Source: Phaeosaccion multiseriatum | Lineage: Eukaryota > Protista > Ochrophyta, other classes | Length of the DNA: 64,000 nucleotides | NCBI GenBank assembly: GCA_965112735.1 | Contig: OZ218952.1 | Location: 2,108,001-2,172,000 of the forward strand | Reading direction: 5' to 3' | In this document: piece by piece, positions 12,400 through 23,572 of the stretch | Numbering within the stretch: the first letter of the stretch is position 1 | Layout: each line of letters starts with the position of its first letter | Position numbers and translations under genes: made by a program | The notes under the pieces: model-generated | Told to the model about the DNA's origin: nothing | The model's input: only the letters and a program-made list of their open reading frames with translations | The model's database searches: none

Positions 12400-12740
12400 A
12401 ACCAGTCGTTTCATTTCCGCCTCTTCTCTTGAGATGGCAACTCATTCCCGAGTAGGCGAGTGGGGGAGGTTGTGCGGACTGTGTTGCCCCCATCCACTGC
12501 CATCTTCAACCCTCCCCCAGCCACCCAGCAGTTCCAAACTCAGTCAAGGGGTCAAGGGGGCGGACCGAGAGTGAGATATCGAGTTCAGAAGTCGAGCTCG
12601 GCATTCCTTGACCTAGCATCGTTCTGCTCTTCAAGCTGCTGCACTGCTCCTTGCTTCGCTGCTGAGGAAGCGCTGATTGAGTAAGGAAGTGCTTCAGGAT
12701 GGCGGAGGCGGCTATTCGTTAGACATTAAACCAGTATTCG
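12400..12740 (+). repeat. Old dispersed repeat; pieces recur at 61330-61440 (+), 23525-23605 (+) and 36875-37035 (-)
   Basis: gagatggcaactcattcccgagtaggcgagtgggggaggttgtgcggactgtg matches 61352 gagatggcaactcactccgagtgggccagtaggggaggctgtgcagactgtg. gaggaagcgct...agtgcttcaggatggcggaggcggctat matches 23539 aggaagcgctt...agtgattcagtatggcggctat and the reverse complement of 36895-36950. Confidence 0.65.
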
Positions 12741-12789
12741 ACCCCACGACAAAAAATTGATCTCCACCATGGGTATCAATCCCAAAGTC

Positions 12790-13087
12790 GACACACCGGG
12801 GTCGTCTCATCCCCCCCACCCCCAGCAGTCACTTCTTGTCTTGCCCGAAGCTTACGTCCTCTTTTCCCTGCCCCGTTCTCGTCTCCATACACGGCAACTT
12901 ATTCATGCCATACCGCATAACTTTGCTTGCTTTGCCCTTCTCCCAACGCGACAGTACACCCTGAGCGATGGCCTCTGCGTACAAGCCGTCAGCCGAGCTC
13001 CATGGCTGGTGCAGGGGCAGGACGTCGATGGCAGCACTACTGTTGGTCAAGGTTTGTTGGACTCAAGGCCTTCTGCATGCATCTCCG
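12790..13087 (-). pseudogene. Decayed terminal PPR/linker/SMR region of PPR copy 2, beyond a frameshift
   Basis: ORF 12829..13050 (SSAAIDVL...ADGLYAEAIAQGVLSRWEKG...KVMRY...RTGQGKED) aligns by eye with SAVIDAL...ADELYTQAVSQGVFNHWERG...AALRH...ITGRGQGSED of PPR copy 3, but the DLH motif is deleted. Confidence 0.75.
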
Positions 13088-15106
13088 TCAACAAGTCAAG
13101 CCCCCAGTATTGGTACAAGCATCAACTGCAGAGCTGTACGCAATTTCATTGGGCTGAAGCCCTTCCCTCCGCATCTCCTTCAGCAAGTCAAGCACCTTCT
13201 CGTGTTCTCCTGCCTTGCCACAAGCGGAAATCGCAGAACTGTACGAGATTTGATCGTGTTCTATGCCTTCCCTGCGCATCTCCTTCAACAAGTCAAGTGC
13301 CTTCTCGTGGTCTCCTACCTTGCCGCAAGCAGAAATCGCAGAGCTGTAGGAGATTACATTGGGCTGAAGCCCTTCCCCTCGCATCTCCTTCAGCAAGGCA
13401 AGCGCCTTCTCGTGTTCTCCTGCCTTGGCACAAGCAGAAATAGCAGAGCTGTACGAGACTACATCGGGTTCGATACCTTCTGCGCGCATCTCCTTCAGCA
13501 AGTCCAGCGCCTTCTCGTGCTCTCCAGCCTTGCCACAAGCGGAAATCGCAGAGCTGTAGGAGATCACATCGGGCGGAAGCCCTTCCATACGCATCTCCTT
13601 CAGCAAGTCAAGCGCCCTCCCGTGCTCTCCTGCATTGGCACAAGCAGAAATCGCAGAGTTGTACGATACTTCATTGGGTTGAAGCCCTTCCCTCCGCATC
13701 TCCTTCAACAAGTCAAGCGCCTTCTCGTGGTCTCCTGCCTTGGCACAAGCAGAAATAGCAGAGCTGTAGGAGATTACATTGGGCTGAAGCCCTTCCCCTC
13801 GCATCTCCTTCAACAAAGCAAGCGCCTTCTCGTGCTGTCCTTCCGTGCCGCAAGCAGAAATCGCAGAGTTGTACGAGATTTGATCGGGTTGGATGCCTTC
13901 TGCGCGCATCTCCTTCAACAAGTCCAACGCTTTCTCATGCTGCCCCGCCTTGCCGCAAGCAGAAATTGCAGAATTATACGAGATTACATCGGGCTGAAGT
14001 CCTTCTCTGCGCATCTCCTTCAGCAAGTCAAGTGCCTTCTCGTTCTGTCCTGCCTTGCCACAAGCGGAAATCGCAGAGCTGTACGAGCCTACATCGGGTG
14101 GAAGCCCTTCCCTCCGCATCTCCTTCAGCAAGTCAAGCGCCTTCTCGTGGTCTCCTGCCTTGCCGCAGGCAGAAATCGCAGAGCTGTACGAGACTACATT
14201 GGGCTGAAGCCCGTTCTTGCTCATTTCCTTCAGCAAATCAAGCGCCTTCTCGTGCTCTCCTGCCTTGCCACAAGCGGAAATAGCAGAGCTGTACGAGACT
14301 TCCTCGGGTTGAAGCCCTTCCCTCCGCATCTCCTTCAGCAAGTCAAGCGCCTTCTCGTGCTCTCCAGCCTTGCCACAAGCTGAAATAGCGGAGCTGTAGG
14401 AGATCTCATTGGGTTGAAGTCCTTCTCTGCGCATCTCCTTCAGCAAATCAAGTGCTTTCTCGTGCTGTCCTGCCTTGCCACAAGCGGAAATCGCAGAGCT
14501 GTAGGAGATTTCATTCGGTTGCAACCCTTCCCTCCGCATCTCCTTCAGCAAGTCAAGCGCTTTCTCGTGCTCTCCTGCCTTGCCACAAGCCGAAATCGCA
14601 GAGCTGTAAGTGACGACATTGGGTTGGGGGCCGCTTGTCTTCATCTCCTCGAGTAGGGCAAGCGCACCCTTCCATCGCCCAGTCTTACCAGCTGCAGAAA
14701 TGGCGGCGCTATACGAAAACACATTCATGGGAGTCCCCGCTGCTTTCGCCTCCTCAATCACTCTCGCAACCCCCCTCCAGTCGCGATTATTTCCAAGTCT
14801 CTGGATCTCTTTCATCAGCGCTATTTCTCTTCCCTTACCATCCCTGGAAGTAATCGCCCTGGTTTCAAGGAGGCGGAGCGAATGAGTCGCCGATTGCCGC
14901 TCAACAGGCGCGGCGGCTGTGCGAAAAGAGTTCTGTTTACCCACAGATGAAGTGGTGGAGGGAGCAGATGCCCATCTTCCCTGCGAGCTTGTGAAGGCAG
15001 CGGCAGTGGAGCCACGTCCACCACCAGCAGAAACGCCTCCTCCTCCTCGTCCTCCTCCCCCTCCTGTTGCTGCAGAAATGAAGCCTGCCACAGTGCTTCC
15101 CTGCAT
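13088..15106 (-). CDS. Intronless P-type PPR protein, copy 2 (15 complete repeats), C-terminally truncated by a frameshift
   Basis: 672-aa ORF of 35-aa repeats (105-bp units) with an N-terminus homologous to copy 1. Confidence 0.93.
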   Translation of the reverse strand: MQGSTVAGFISAATGGGGGRGGGGVSAGGGRGSTAAAFTSSQGRWASAPSTTSSVGKQNSFRTAAAPVERQSATHSLRLLETRAITSRDGKGREIALMKEIQRLGNNRDWRGVARVIEEAKAAGTPMNVFSYSAAISAAGKTGRWKGALALLEEMKTSGPQPNVVTYSSAISACGKAGEHEKALDLLKEMRREGLQPNEISYSSAISACGKAGQHEKALDLLKEMRREGLQPNEISYSSAISACGKAGEHEKALDLLKEMRREGLQPEEVSYSSAISACGKAGEHEKALDLLKEMSKNGLQPNVVSYSSAISACGKAGDHEKALDLLKEMRREGLPPDVGSYSSAISACGKAGQNEKALDLLKEMRREGLQPDVISYNSAISACGKAGQHEKALDLLKEMRAEGIQPDQISYNSAISACGTEGQHEKALALLKEMRGEGLQPNVISYSSAISACAKAGDHEKALDLLKEMRREGLQPNEVSYNSAISACANAGEHGRALDLLKEMRMEGLPPDVISYSSAISACGKAGEHEKALDLLKEMRAEGIEPDVVSYSSAISACAKAGEHEKALALLKEMRGEGLQPNVISYSSAISACGKVGDHEKALDLLKEMRREGIEHDQISYSSAISACGKAGEHEKVLDLLKEMRREGLQPNEIAYSSAVDACTNTGGLTC

Positions 15107-15292
15107 CCCTCTTCTCTTCTCTCTAACTCACGATTGCATTCATTGTCTGGAACGACTCAGGTCAAGCGAGGTGAGGCCTCAGATGGGAGGCGACGGGAGC
15201 AGTGGAGGACAAGTTTGCGTGTTGGTGCTCCAACTCACAGGTCCAGGTCCTGGTTGCTTGTGGGGGGGGGAGGGATAAACCACACGCCAAGC

Positions 15293-16677
15293 ATGAGGTA
15301 CCTCGTGCTATTTAGTGCATCATTGGGTGACTTTCACATTGCAGAACTCTGCTCACTATTCTGGCTCGTGGGTATTGATCCGTCCACGGCCTTTGACGTG
15401 GAGGCAGCAAGCACAGCAGCGGCCACAGAGCCATACCTCATCATCGACGTCCCCTCCCAGGACCTTGTGGAGCGCATCATTGGCCGGGCCATTCTTATCA
15501 AGAAGGTGTGCCGCTACTGCGTGGCGCAGAGTAGATAGTGAATGTGTGCCGGGGTAGGAAGGGAGGAGTGGAATCACCCCTCGCCATGCTTTAGAGGGCC
15601 TATCCCTTTGTTGACGCACTTTCGTCGCTGCTCTCTTCCTTTGGGATCTGTCCTTCTGGTGACGCCCTTTTATCACCCCTCTCTCCTTCCTCTTTGAATC
15701 TACAGGTGGTGGAACTCTGGGGACACGGGGTGAGCCTCCGAGACGCAATTGAGGACACGAAGCGATGCTCACTGGCGCTGCGTGAGGAGCACCTGCACGA
15801 GGCCAAGAGCTGGTCACTTGCTGTGAACTGCTTCGGCTCCAGTCGGACATTTCCCACTGCGTTTTACAGAGAGAGCTTTGCATTCCTGAACTTTCGGTGA
15901 GAGGGAGGGGAGGAGGACGGTGACCGTATGGTGAATTTCGGCTTTCGTGAGTGAGCTCACTGGCGCTGCGGGGTTGGGGGGGGGGGAGGGAGTACGTGCC
16001 ACTGTTGGCTTTACGCGGGGGGGCAGAAAGCACTGAAGCTCGCGAGGATGAGACATAATCCAACCCAAGAGAAAGGATAGCAGAGGCAAGAGGCAGTGGC
16101 GGAGGGAGAGCCGGGGAAGGAAGCATGCCGAGGGCGGAGGGAAGATGGCGGTAGAGATTGTACCAAAGAGTATGGGGTGTGTACTGGATTGGAAGTCTCT
16201 GTGCAGCGGCGTACATCCACTGCCATCCACCTGGGGTAGCACATCGACTCAGCTCCGTTTTGCTTTCCCCCTCCTCCTCCTCCTCCTCCTCCTCCTCCTC
16301 CTCCTCCTCCTCCTCCTCCTCCTCCTTCTCCTCCTCCTTCTCCTCCTCCTCCTCCTTGCTGCTAACGCCACACTACATACGCACAGTGGCACTGTCCGAT
16401 GCAAAGACCCAGACAACACCTTTTGGGTGGAGGAGTATCACGACGGGTCGGAAGACCAACTACCCGCGAAGCAAAGGACCCCCAAGCACGTCTACTTTGG
16501 CCGCGAGGTGGTCTCTGTAGCCCAGACATCTCGCCCCCTCGCCTACGCCACAGCGTTGAAGGACCGACTTTACCTCGGCCCCACCTCCTTGGACAGCGAG
16601 CTCAGCCTTGTGATGGCCAACATGGCTCTCTGCAGGAAGGGGTGTGTGGTGCTGGACCCCTTTGTAGGTGAGATTAC

Positions 16678-16757
<80 letters not shown>

Positions 16758-17773
16758 TGATGATTGTGATGGTGACTGTGACGACGCTATGCTTATGGAT
16801 TGCTGTGGATGCGATTGCTTACGACATGCTCTCGGGTTGTGTGTGTGTGTGTGAGGGGGGGGGTGAGGCGGGCAGGCGCGGCGAGTCTAGTAGATAGGCT
16901 CGGAGCGTAAGCTGGTAGACAGGCAGAAGCATATGGGCAGGCAGTCAGGCAGAGGCATATGGGCAGAGAGGGAGAGGCATATGGGCAGAGAGAGAGGCAC
17001 ATGGGCAGGCAGACAGGCAGAGGCATACGAGACACGGAGCACACGCACGCTGACCTGCCCCCTCACCTCACCTCCTCTTTTTGGCGGGCCTCTTCCTTCC
17101 TTCCTTCTTCCCTCCCTCCCTCCCTCCCTCCCTCCCCTGCTTCCTTCCTTCCTTCCTTCCTTCACTCCCTCCCTCCCTCCCTCCCTCCCTCCCTCCCTCC
17201 CTCCCTCCGTCCATCCTCCTCCCCCCCCCCTTCCTCTTTCGTTCCTCCCCTACCCCCTTCCACCGGCGTAGGAACGGGATCCATCCTCATCTCCTGCACC
17301 GCGTTTGGTGCCTTTTGCTTCGGTACAGACATTGACGTCCGCGTACTCAAAGGCTCCGGAAACGCACTCCCCAGGAAGGGCGAGACGGAGAAGGGCATGG
17401 TGTACACAAACTTTGACCAGTATGGCTTGCGCAGGCCAGAGCTTGTGCGGTGCGATAGCGCCCTTCACGACCTCCACTTTCAACGAGCGAGGCAGTGGGG
17501 TCTGTACAGTGCCATCCTGGCTGATCCGCCCTACGGGTGTAGGGCGGGGGCTCGCAAGTCAGGTGAGGTGGGGGTGGGGGGTGTGGTGGTGGGGGGGGGG
17601 GGTGAGTTGGTGGGGGCAGTGGAGCAGTGGGGTAGAAGGCTCGAAGTGGGCTTAGCTGAATTGAGTAGGGGGGTGGGTGGGTGGGTGGGTGGGTGAGGGA
17701 AGGGAGGGAGAGGGGGAGTTATGATGATGATGATGGGCGATGATGATGATGCTGATGATGATGATGACGTTGT

Positions 17774-17815
<42 letters not shown>

Positions 17816-18064
17816 CGATGATGGTGATAATGATGATGATCATGAGGGCAGTGATAGAGAACGTGTGATGATGTTGACGGCGCTGCTGCTGCCTGCGACT
17901 GACTGTGCGACTGACTGACTGTGCGACTGACCGACTGTGCGACTGACTGACTGTGCGACTGACCGACTGTGCGACTGACTGACTGTGCGACTGACTGACT
18001 GTGCGACTGACTGACTGTGCAACTGACTGACTGTGCGACTGACCGACTGTGCGACTGACTGGCC

Positions 18065-18099
<35 letters not shown>

Positions 18100-18102
18100 T
18101 GG

Positions 18103-18139
<37 letters not shown>

Positions 18140-18812
18140 TGACTGACTGTGCGACTGACTGACTGTGCGACTGACCTACTGTGGTCCGCGAATGTCAAGG
18201 AGCCTCCCTCGGCGTTTTATCCCATCACTTCCTGCGCCTGCGCCGTCGCCTTACTGTGTGTGGGCGTGTACCTCTGTGTGCGTTCGTGCGTGTGTGTGTG
18301 CCTGTCCGTGTGTGTCCACCACACCAGGCAGCAGAGACCCTGATCGAGTCAAGCCGGTTCTGGAGAATCAGCGTCATGATCACATCCCGCAGACGCAGCC
18401 CTACCCCGTTGATGACGTGCTTCGCGACCTCTTGACTCTGGCAGCCAAGCTACTCAAGATGGGTAAGCTCATGAGGGACGGGGGGGCGGGGAGAGAGGGA
18501 GAGGGAGAGGGAGAGAAGGGGGCGGGAGAGGGAGGACATAGAGAGGGGAAGGAGACCAAGAGAGAAAGAGAGAGAAGAGAGAAGAGAGAGAGAGAGAGGT
18601 GCATTGTAAAGGCGGTGACAAGGGGAGGGGGGGGGGTAGTACAGTACCCCCTCTCTCTCTCCGCACGTCGTCCCATCTGGATGCTTACATCTATGTGCTG
18701 CTCTCTCTCTCTCTCTCTCTCTCCGCATGCGTGTCGTTTCATTCGCTTTGTAGCTTGCATGATGGGGTGTCTGCCCCACCTTCTGGCTCACCTCCCTGCC
18801 TTGCTTCTCTGT

Positions 18813-18849
<37 letters not shown>

Positions 18850-20329
18850 GTGTGTGTGTGTGTGCTGTAGGCGGTCGTCTGTGCTACCTTCTCCCCTCCA
18901 CATGGGACCTCGACGTCGAGAGAGATCTTCCCAGGTGAGGGTGAGAGGATTTTTAAGGGACTTAATGCCTTACTCGAGGGAAGGGATTCATTGCCTTAGG
19001 GGCCCCTCACACGGCCGCTTCGAGGTATGCCCTCTTGTAGAGAAGGCCGACCGGTCCTCTTCCCTTCTTACTGCCCACCCACCACACATCGAGACAACCC
19101 CCACCCGCCCCCGAGTCCAGTCCTTTGTTCAGTCACCTTGTTGTCTTCTGTAACTGTCTAATCTGTCTGAGTTGTCTTCTGTAACTGCGCGTCCTTCCTG
19201 TACCTGAACAGGCACTGCTGCTTGCGGCTGCTGCACACCTCTGTGCAGGCCCTGAGCTCCAAAATGTGTCGCCGCCTCATCACAATGGAGAAGATTAAGG
19301 AGTATGAGCCAAAGGGGGAGGAGGAGAAGGGGGAGGGGGGAGCACAAGCACAAGGCGGGACAAGCTGGGGGGGGGGCACAGGGGCCAATGAAGGAAGGTG
19401 TGTGTATGGGATGTGACTCGAGAGAGAGGGGGAGAGAGAGAGGGAGGAAGAGAGAAGTAGAGAGAGAAGGAGAGAGAGAGCGAGAGAGAGAGAGGAAGAG
19501 AGAAGTAGCGAGAGAGGGAGAGAGGGAGAGAGAAGTAGAGAGAGGGGGAGAGGGAGAGAGAGGAAGAGAAGTAGAGAGAGGGAGAGAGAGGGGGGGGGGT
19601 AGAGAGAGGGAGAAGTAGAGGAGGATCGAGAGGGAGAAGTAGAGGGAGAGTGAGCGAGAGGAGCCAGGGGCAAGGGAGCAGTGATGAGCCGGTGGTCTGT
19701 CGCTGTCTTATCTTCCGTGGTTGGGCAAGGACGGATAGAACGAGCAAGCTCAGTCAGCCAGATGGGCATATGGCTACACTCGTGCCTTCGTTACCTCCCA
19801 AGGCCGGCCCTACGTGCTGCTCTCACTCACCGCCACCCTCCCCTCCGGACCCTCTCTCTGACCCCGCCTCCCTCTCTCCCTCTCTTATCCTTTCCCGTCG
19901 TATGTTATCCGATCATATCCTTCTCTATCCCATCCCATGCTATGGTGTTTTTGGTGCCGACTGCACAGGAAGACTCCATTCTCTAACCTCCACGCGGTTT
20001 ACCATAGCAGCAGCAGGAACAGCAACAGCAGCAAGCATGACGCCAAGCGGCAGTCAGCGAAGGCAGAGGAGGAGGCGGCCGAGGCAGGGGGGGGGGCGCC
20101 CAAAGGGGGGGCTTCTTCTGATGCCGCTGTCGCTGTATCACCAACTGCTGCCCGTGCTGATGTCGTGGAGGATGCGGTTACGGCGGTTACTGGGGATAAG
20201 GCGACGGGTAATGCTGCAACAGCTGCTGCTGGCGGTGATGATGACGATGATGATGATGATGATGATGATGATGACAGCACCACCGCTGCTGGTGCTTTCC
20301 CTCCTCCTGCGGGTAGCAGCGAGAGCTGA
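15293..20329 (+). CDS. TRM11: tRNA (guanine(10)-N2)-methyltransferase, multi-exon
   Basis: MRYLVLFSASLGDFHIAEL...RAILIKK|VVELWGHG...|YFGREV...LKDRLYLGPTSLDSELSLVMANMALCRKGCVVLDPFV|GTGSIL...GTDID...NFDQYG...ILADPPYGCRAGARKS|...HIPQTQPYPVDDVLRDLL...|GRLCY...|CRRLITMEK; SAM-binding DPFVGTG and DPPY motifs. Confidence 0.93.
17895..18178. repeat. (GACT)n / 16-bp ctgtgcgactgactga minisatellite in a TRM11 intron
   Basis: Directly visible tandem array. Confidence 0.9.
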
Positions 20330-20443
20330 TTCATAGTCATCGATGACGCGAGCTACAAGTGTACGTACATACACGGCGGGAGGTAGACAAGAGCAGTATG
20401 ATATCGATAGTATCATTATCGATATTAGATTAGATGATAGAAA

Positions 20444-20636
20444 TTAGAAATCAATTTCTGAATCGCTCGAGTCCTCTTTCTGTTCTCCAATCTCGGTGGA
20501 TATGTCATCAAAAGTCGTGGCTACAACGTCAATGAAGCCCTCGAGCTGTCTCCGTACGGCGAGCTGAGGATGGCAGTGGATGGGGTGAGGGGGGAGGGGA
20601 CGCGAGGGTGAGGTGTCCGGTACTGGATAGGCATAC

Positions 20637-20671
<35 letters not shown>

Positions 20672-22779
20672 TGGTGATACAGCAGGAGCAGCAGCACGGG
20701 ATGGAATGCATATGGGAGGGCTCGTATCAATCCCCCATCCCCCGCTGCAAGAGGGCGAGGGGGAATTTGTACAGTTTTCAGTCAGCCCTTTTATGGGACC
20801 TTGCTGAAAAACTAATACTTGTATCGGACGTTGTAAATGCATGAAACGGGATCGATATAATATATCGAAGCGTCTGTGCGTCCTTGTGCCTATCGATTGG
20901 GTACATAACAAGTCATGCACTGTTCTCGAGACGCCCGTGCTTGACACTCGCTTGACAATTGCTTGACACTTGCTCAACGCTTGCTGCGTGACTGCTACTG
21001 TGGTCTCGTTACATACCTTGCCGTGCGTGTAGGCCATCTTGGCGTGGGGGGTGGCGTGGTTGGGTAGCCAGCTGAGTGGGTCATTGGATTGGGTCATACA
21101 GAGGAGGATGGGCAGAGGGGGGTTCAGTTTAGACCCGACAGAGGCAGGGCAAGGGAGACATAGAGAGAGAGGGAGAAGGCGGGGGGAAAAGAGCATTGCG
21201 TTGACGATGAAGAATCACCGTGAGCAGCAGCAGAAGCAGATGCAGCATCAGCAGCAGCAGCAGCAGCACCACCACCACAACCAACAGGCACCAGAACCAG
21301 CGCTAACAAGCAGCAGCAGCAGTAGCAGCAGCAGCGGCAACACAGCGGCACCAATTGCTGAAGACAGACGGGGGGTGTGGAGAAGAGGAGACAGACGAGT
21401 CCAATGTACACATCCAGTGCAGGTGTGGAAGAAGCAACGCTCATGGCTTGTAGGGTAGGGTCGTGGTGCCCTGTCCACAAAAGGTGGGCGGGACGCGAAG
21501 GAATGGAACCAAACATCAACATCAACATCAACATCAACCACCTCCCTTCCCTCCTATGTTACTAAAAGCATGAAAAATGAATGCCCCTTCGGCGACACAC
21601 CTCAGAATACAATACAATGATGAATGAATGACCAACGGCCCTACCTGATGAATAACAACTTGCTCGCCTTACGCTGATCGTACGTAACGTACTCGTGGTC
21701 ATAGACAACGTATCGGCAGTCACTGGCGGGCAGCGCCTCCTTTAGCTCGGAGGGGCCTGCTGAGGGGGGGGCTTCCCTCGCCATTTGCACCTACGGTAGG
21801 TGCGGGAGGGAAGGGAGAGAGGAAGGGAGGGAGGGAGGGAAGGAAGGAAGGAGGGAGGGAGTGAGTGAGTGAGTGAGGGAGGGAGGCAAGGAGGGAGGGA
21901 GGGAGGGAGTGAATGAGTGATTGGGTTAGTGAGTGATGAGTGAGTGAGTGAGTGAGTGAGTGAGTGAGTGAGTGAGTGAGTGAGTGAGTGAGTGGGTGTG
22001 TGTGTGTGAGTGAGTGCGTGAGTGAGTGAGTGAGTGAGTGTGTGTGTGTGTGTGTGAGTGAGTGAGTGAGTGAGTGAGCGAGTGAGTGAGTAAGTGAGTG
22101 AGTGAGTGAGCGAGTCACTGAGTGAGTGAGTGGTGAGCGTGGTATGCTCGGATAAGTTTGGCATGCAGTGGGCACTTTGCCTGTTGCCCCTGCCTTTCAG
22201 TAGAGGTACAAGGGGGGGAGGGGGGGGGTGGGATCTCTGCAGGCCTTCTGCTTGGTCCTTCTACTCTCGCTGTGCTCTCGCTTCGACTCAAGCAGCAGAT
22301 GGCCTTGGAGGGTGTCTGTTACAGTCCCTCTCTCGGAATCCCTCACCTCGCTGCCGATGATCTCCAAGCACAAGAAACGGTGCTTACGTCGGATCTTGAG
22401 GGCCTTCATCTTTTGGATCACTTCTTCCGAGACTGCGAAGGAAGGAAAGAGTGCACAAAGGCAGCAGCAAGGGATTGGAGGCATAGCGAGGAGCGCAAAG
22501 ACGTGGGTCAGTTGTGCTCTCTCACCCGCCCCCCATCATCACCACGACAAATCTTCTGGGTGAGCTCCATCACTCATACTCACGCTCAGCTGCAGCCTCC
22601 GCTTTGTGTTCGTGTGTGAGCGGCATTCCCCCAGTCTTGAGGTGGGAACAGGATGTGGTAGAGGCGGTGGGCGGAGAAGCATCTGACGCTACTGCTGCTG
22701 CTGCTGTTGCTGCTACTGGCGGAGGGGATGGGTGCGGAGAATCCATGGTTCCAGCTACTTCTGCTGGTGCGTCTTGCAT
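20444..22779 (-). CDS. ADF/cofilin-family actin-depolymerising protein with an N-terminal extension, 5 exons
   Basis: Spliced translation: MQDAPAE...KAEAAAE|LSEEVIQKMKALKIRRKHRFLCLEIIGSE|VQMAREAPPSAGPSELKEALPASDCRYVVYDHEYVTYDQRKASKLLFIS|WLPNHATPHAKMAYTHGK|LAVRRQLEGFIDVVATTFDDIS...DF*. LP..DCRY.VYD, SKL.FISW.P and KM.Y are ADF-H hallmarks. Confidence 0.88.
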
Positions 22780-23179
22780 TGCCACTTATTTCCTGTCCTG
22801 CCGCACTTGGATGAAGCACAGGGAAGGGGGGCGAGGAGAGGGGAGGACAGGGGCAAAGAAGAGAGGCTTAGCTCCTGCCGCATTCGAATGAAGCACATGG
22901 AAGAGGGGGGAGGAGAAGAGAGGACAGGGACATGGAAGAGAGGCCAAGGTTGGAGCACGAGGAGGAGACCAGGAAAACAAGGGGCTCTAGTAAGTAAAAA
23001 ACTTCTCCTCTCTCTCCCCTCCATTCTCGTAATCCTTGCAACTTGCGCTGCCACCGAGCAAGGTAATCAGCTATACCTGTGCAGTAGGGACCTCTTATAT
23101 GTGGATCTGACAATTGCAAAGAGAGAGTAGGGCAGCTTTTGATGGGAAAGGAGATGGAGAAGTTTTTTTCCCTCTTTTG

Positions 23180-23246
23180 GTGCCATCTATGATTGTCTAA
23201 AAGTAATGTCTCACCGCCCCGGGGAACTTTTTTAGTCCCCGAGGTC
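23180..23246 (-). mobile_element. Extreme 3' end (last codons, stop and 3'UTR) of the RLE non-LTR retrotransposon seen at 51228-51653
   Basis: 23180-23229 matches 51228-51277 at 49/50 nt. Similarity extends to gacctcggggactaa versus gacctcgagggctaa, and an A-rich tract follows on the minus strand. Confidence 0.75.
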
Positions 23247-23260
23247 AAATCATCCTCTCT

Positions 23261-23515
23261 TCGGCTCCCAGGCGAGGTTTCTAGGGCCCCCGATAAAGCA
23301 GAAGCCCGCGGCGGCCTGCGGCCGAAAGTAAGAAGCCTGCGGCTGGCCTGCGGCCAGAAGCCTGCAGAAAGTAGCGAAAAGCCTGCCAAGTCCCCCATTT
23401 TTCTCCCAGCCTGAGAAGCCTGAAGCCTGACCACTGGCCTGCGGCCAGAAGCCCGAAGCCTGGAGGGGGCTACGGCCCAGAAGCCTAAAGCCCGAGAAAC
23501 CTCGCCTGGAGCCGA
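23261..23515. mobile_element. MITE-like element, 255 bp, ~26-bp terminal inverted repeats, 6-bp flanking duplication
   Basis: Left end tcggctcccaggcgaggtttctagggc, right end gcccgagaaacctcgcctggagccga. ctctct lies at both 23255-23260 and 23516-23521. Internal gaagcc and ggcctgcggcc sub-repeats. Confidence 0.8.
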
Positions 23516-23572
23516 CTCTCTCACTCGGGGCGCTGCCAAGGAAGCGCTTGTCGAGTGAGAGAGTGATTCAGT

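Noticed and set aside
12968-14383. Long antisense ORFs over the PPR arrays (471 aa; also several in 89-2063)
   Set aside because: Shadow frames kept open by the 105-bp periodicity; the opposite strand is a clear PPR.
21207-21458. Antisense Q/H/S-rich ORF nested in an ADF intron
   Set aside because: Low-complexity CAG-derived sequence with no domain and no supportable exon structure.
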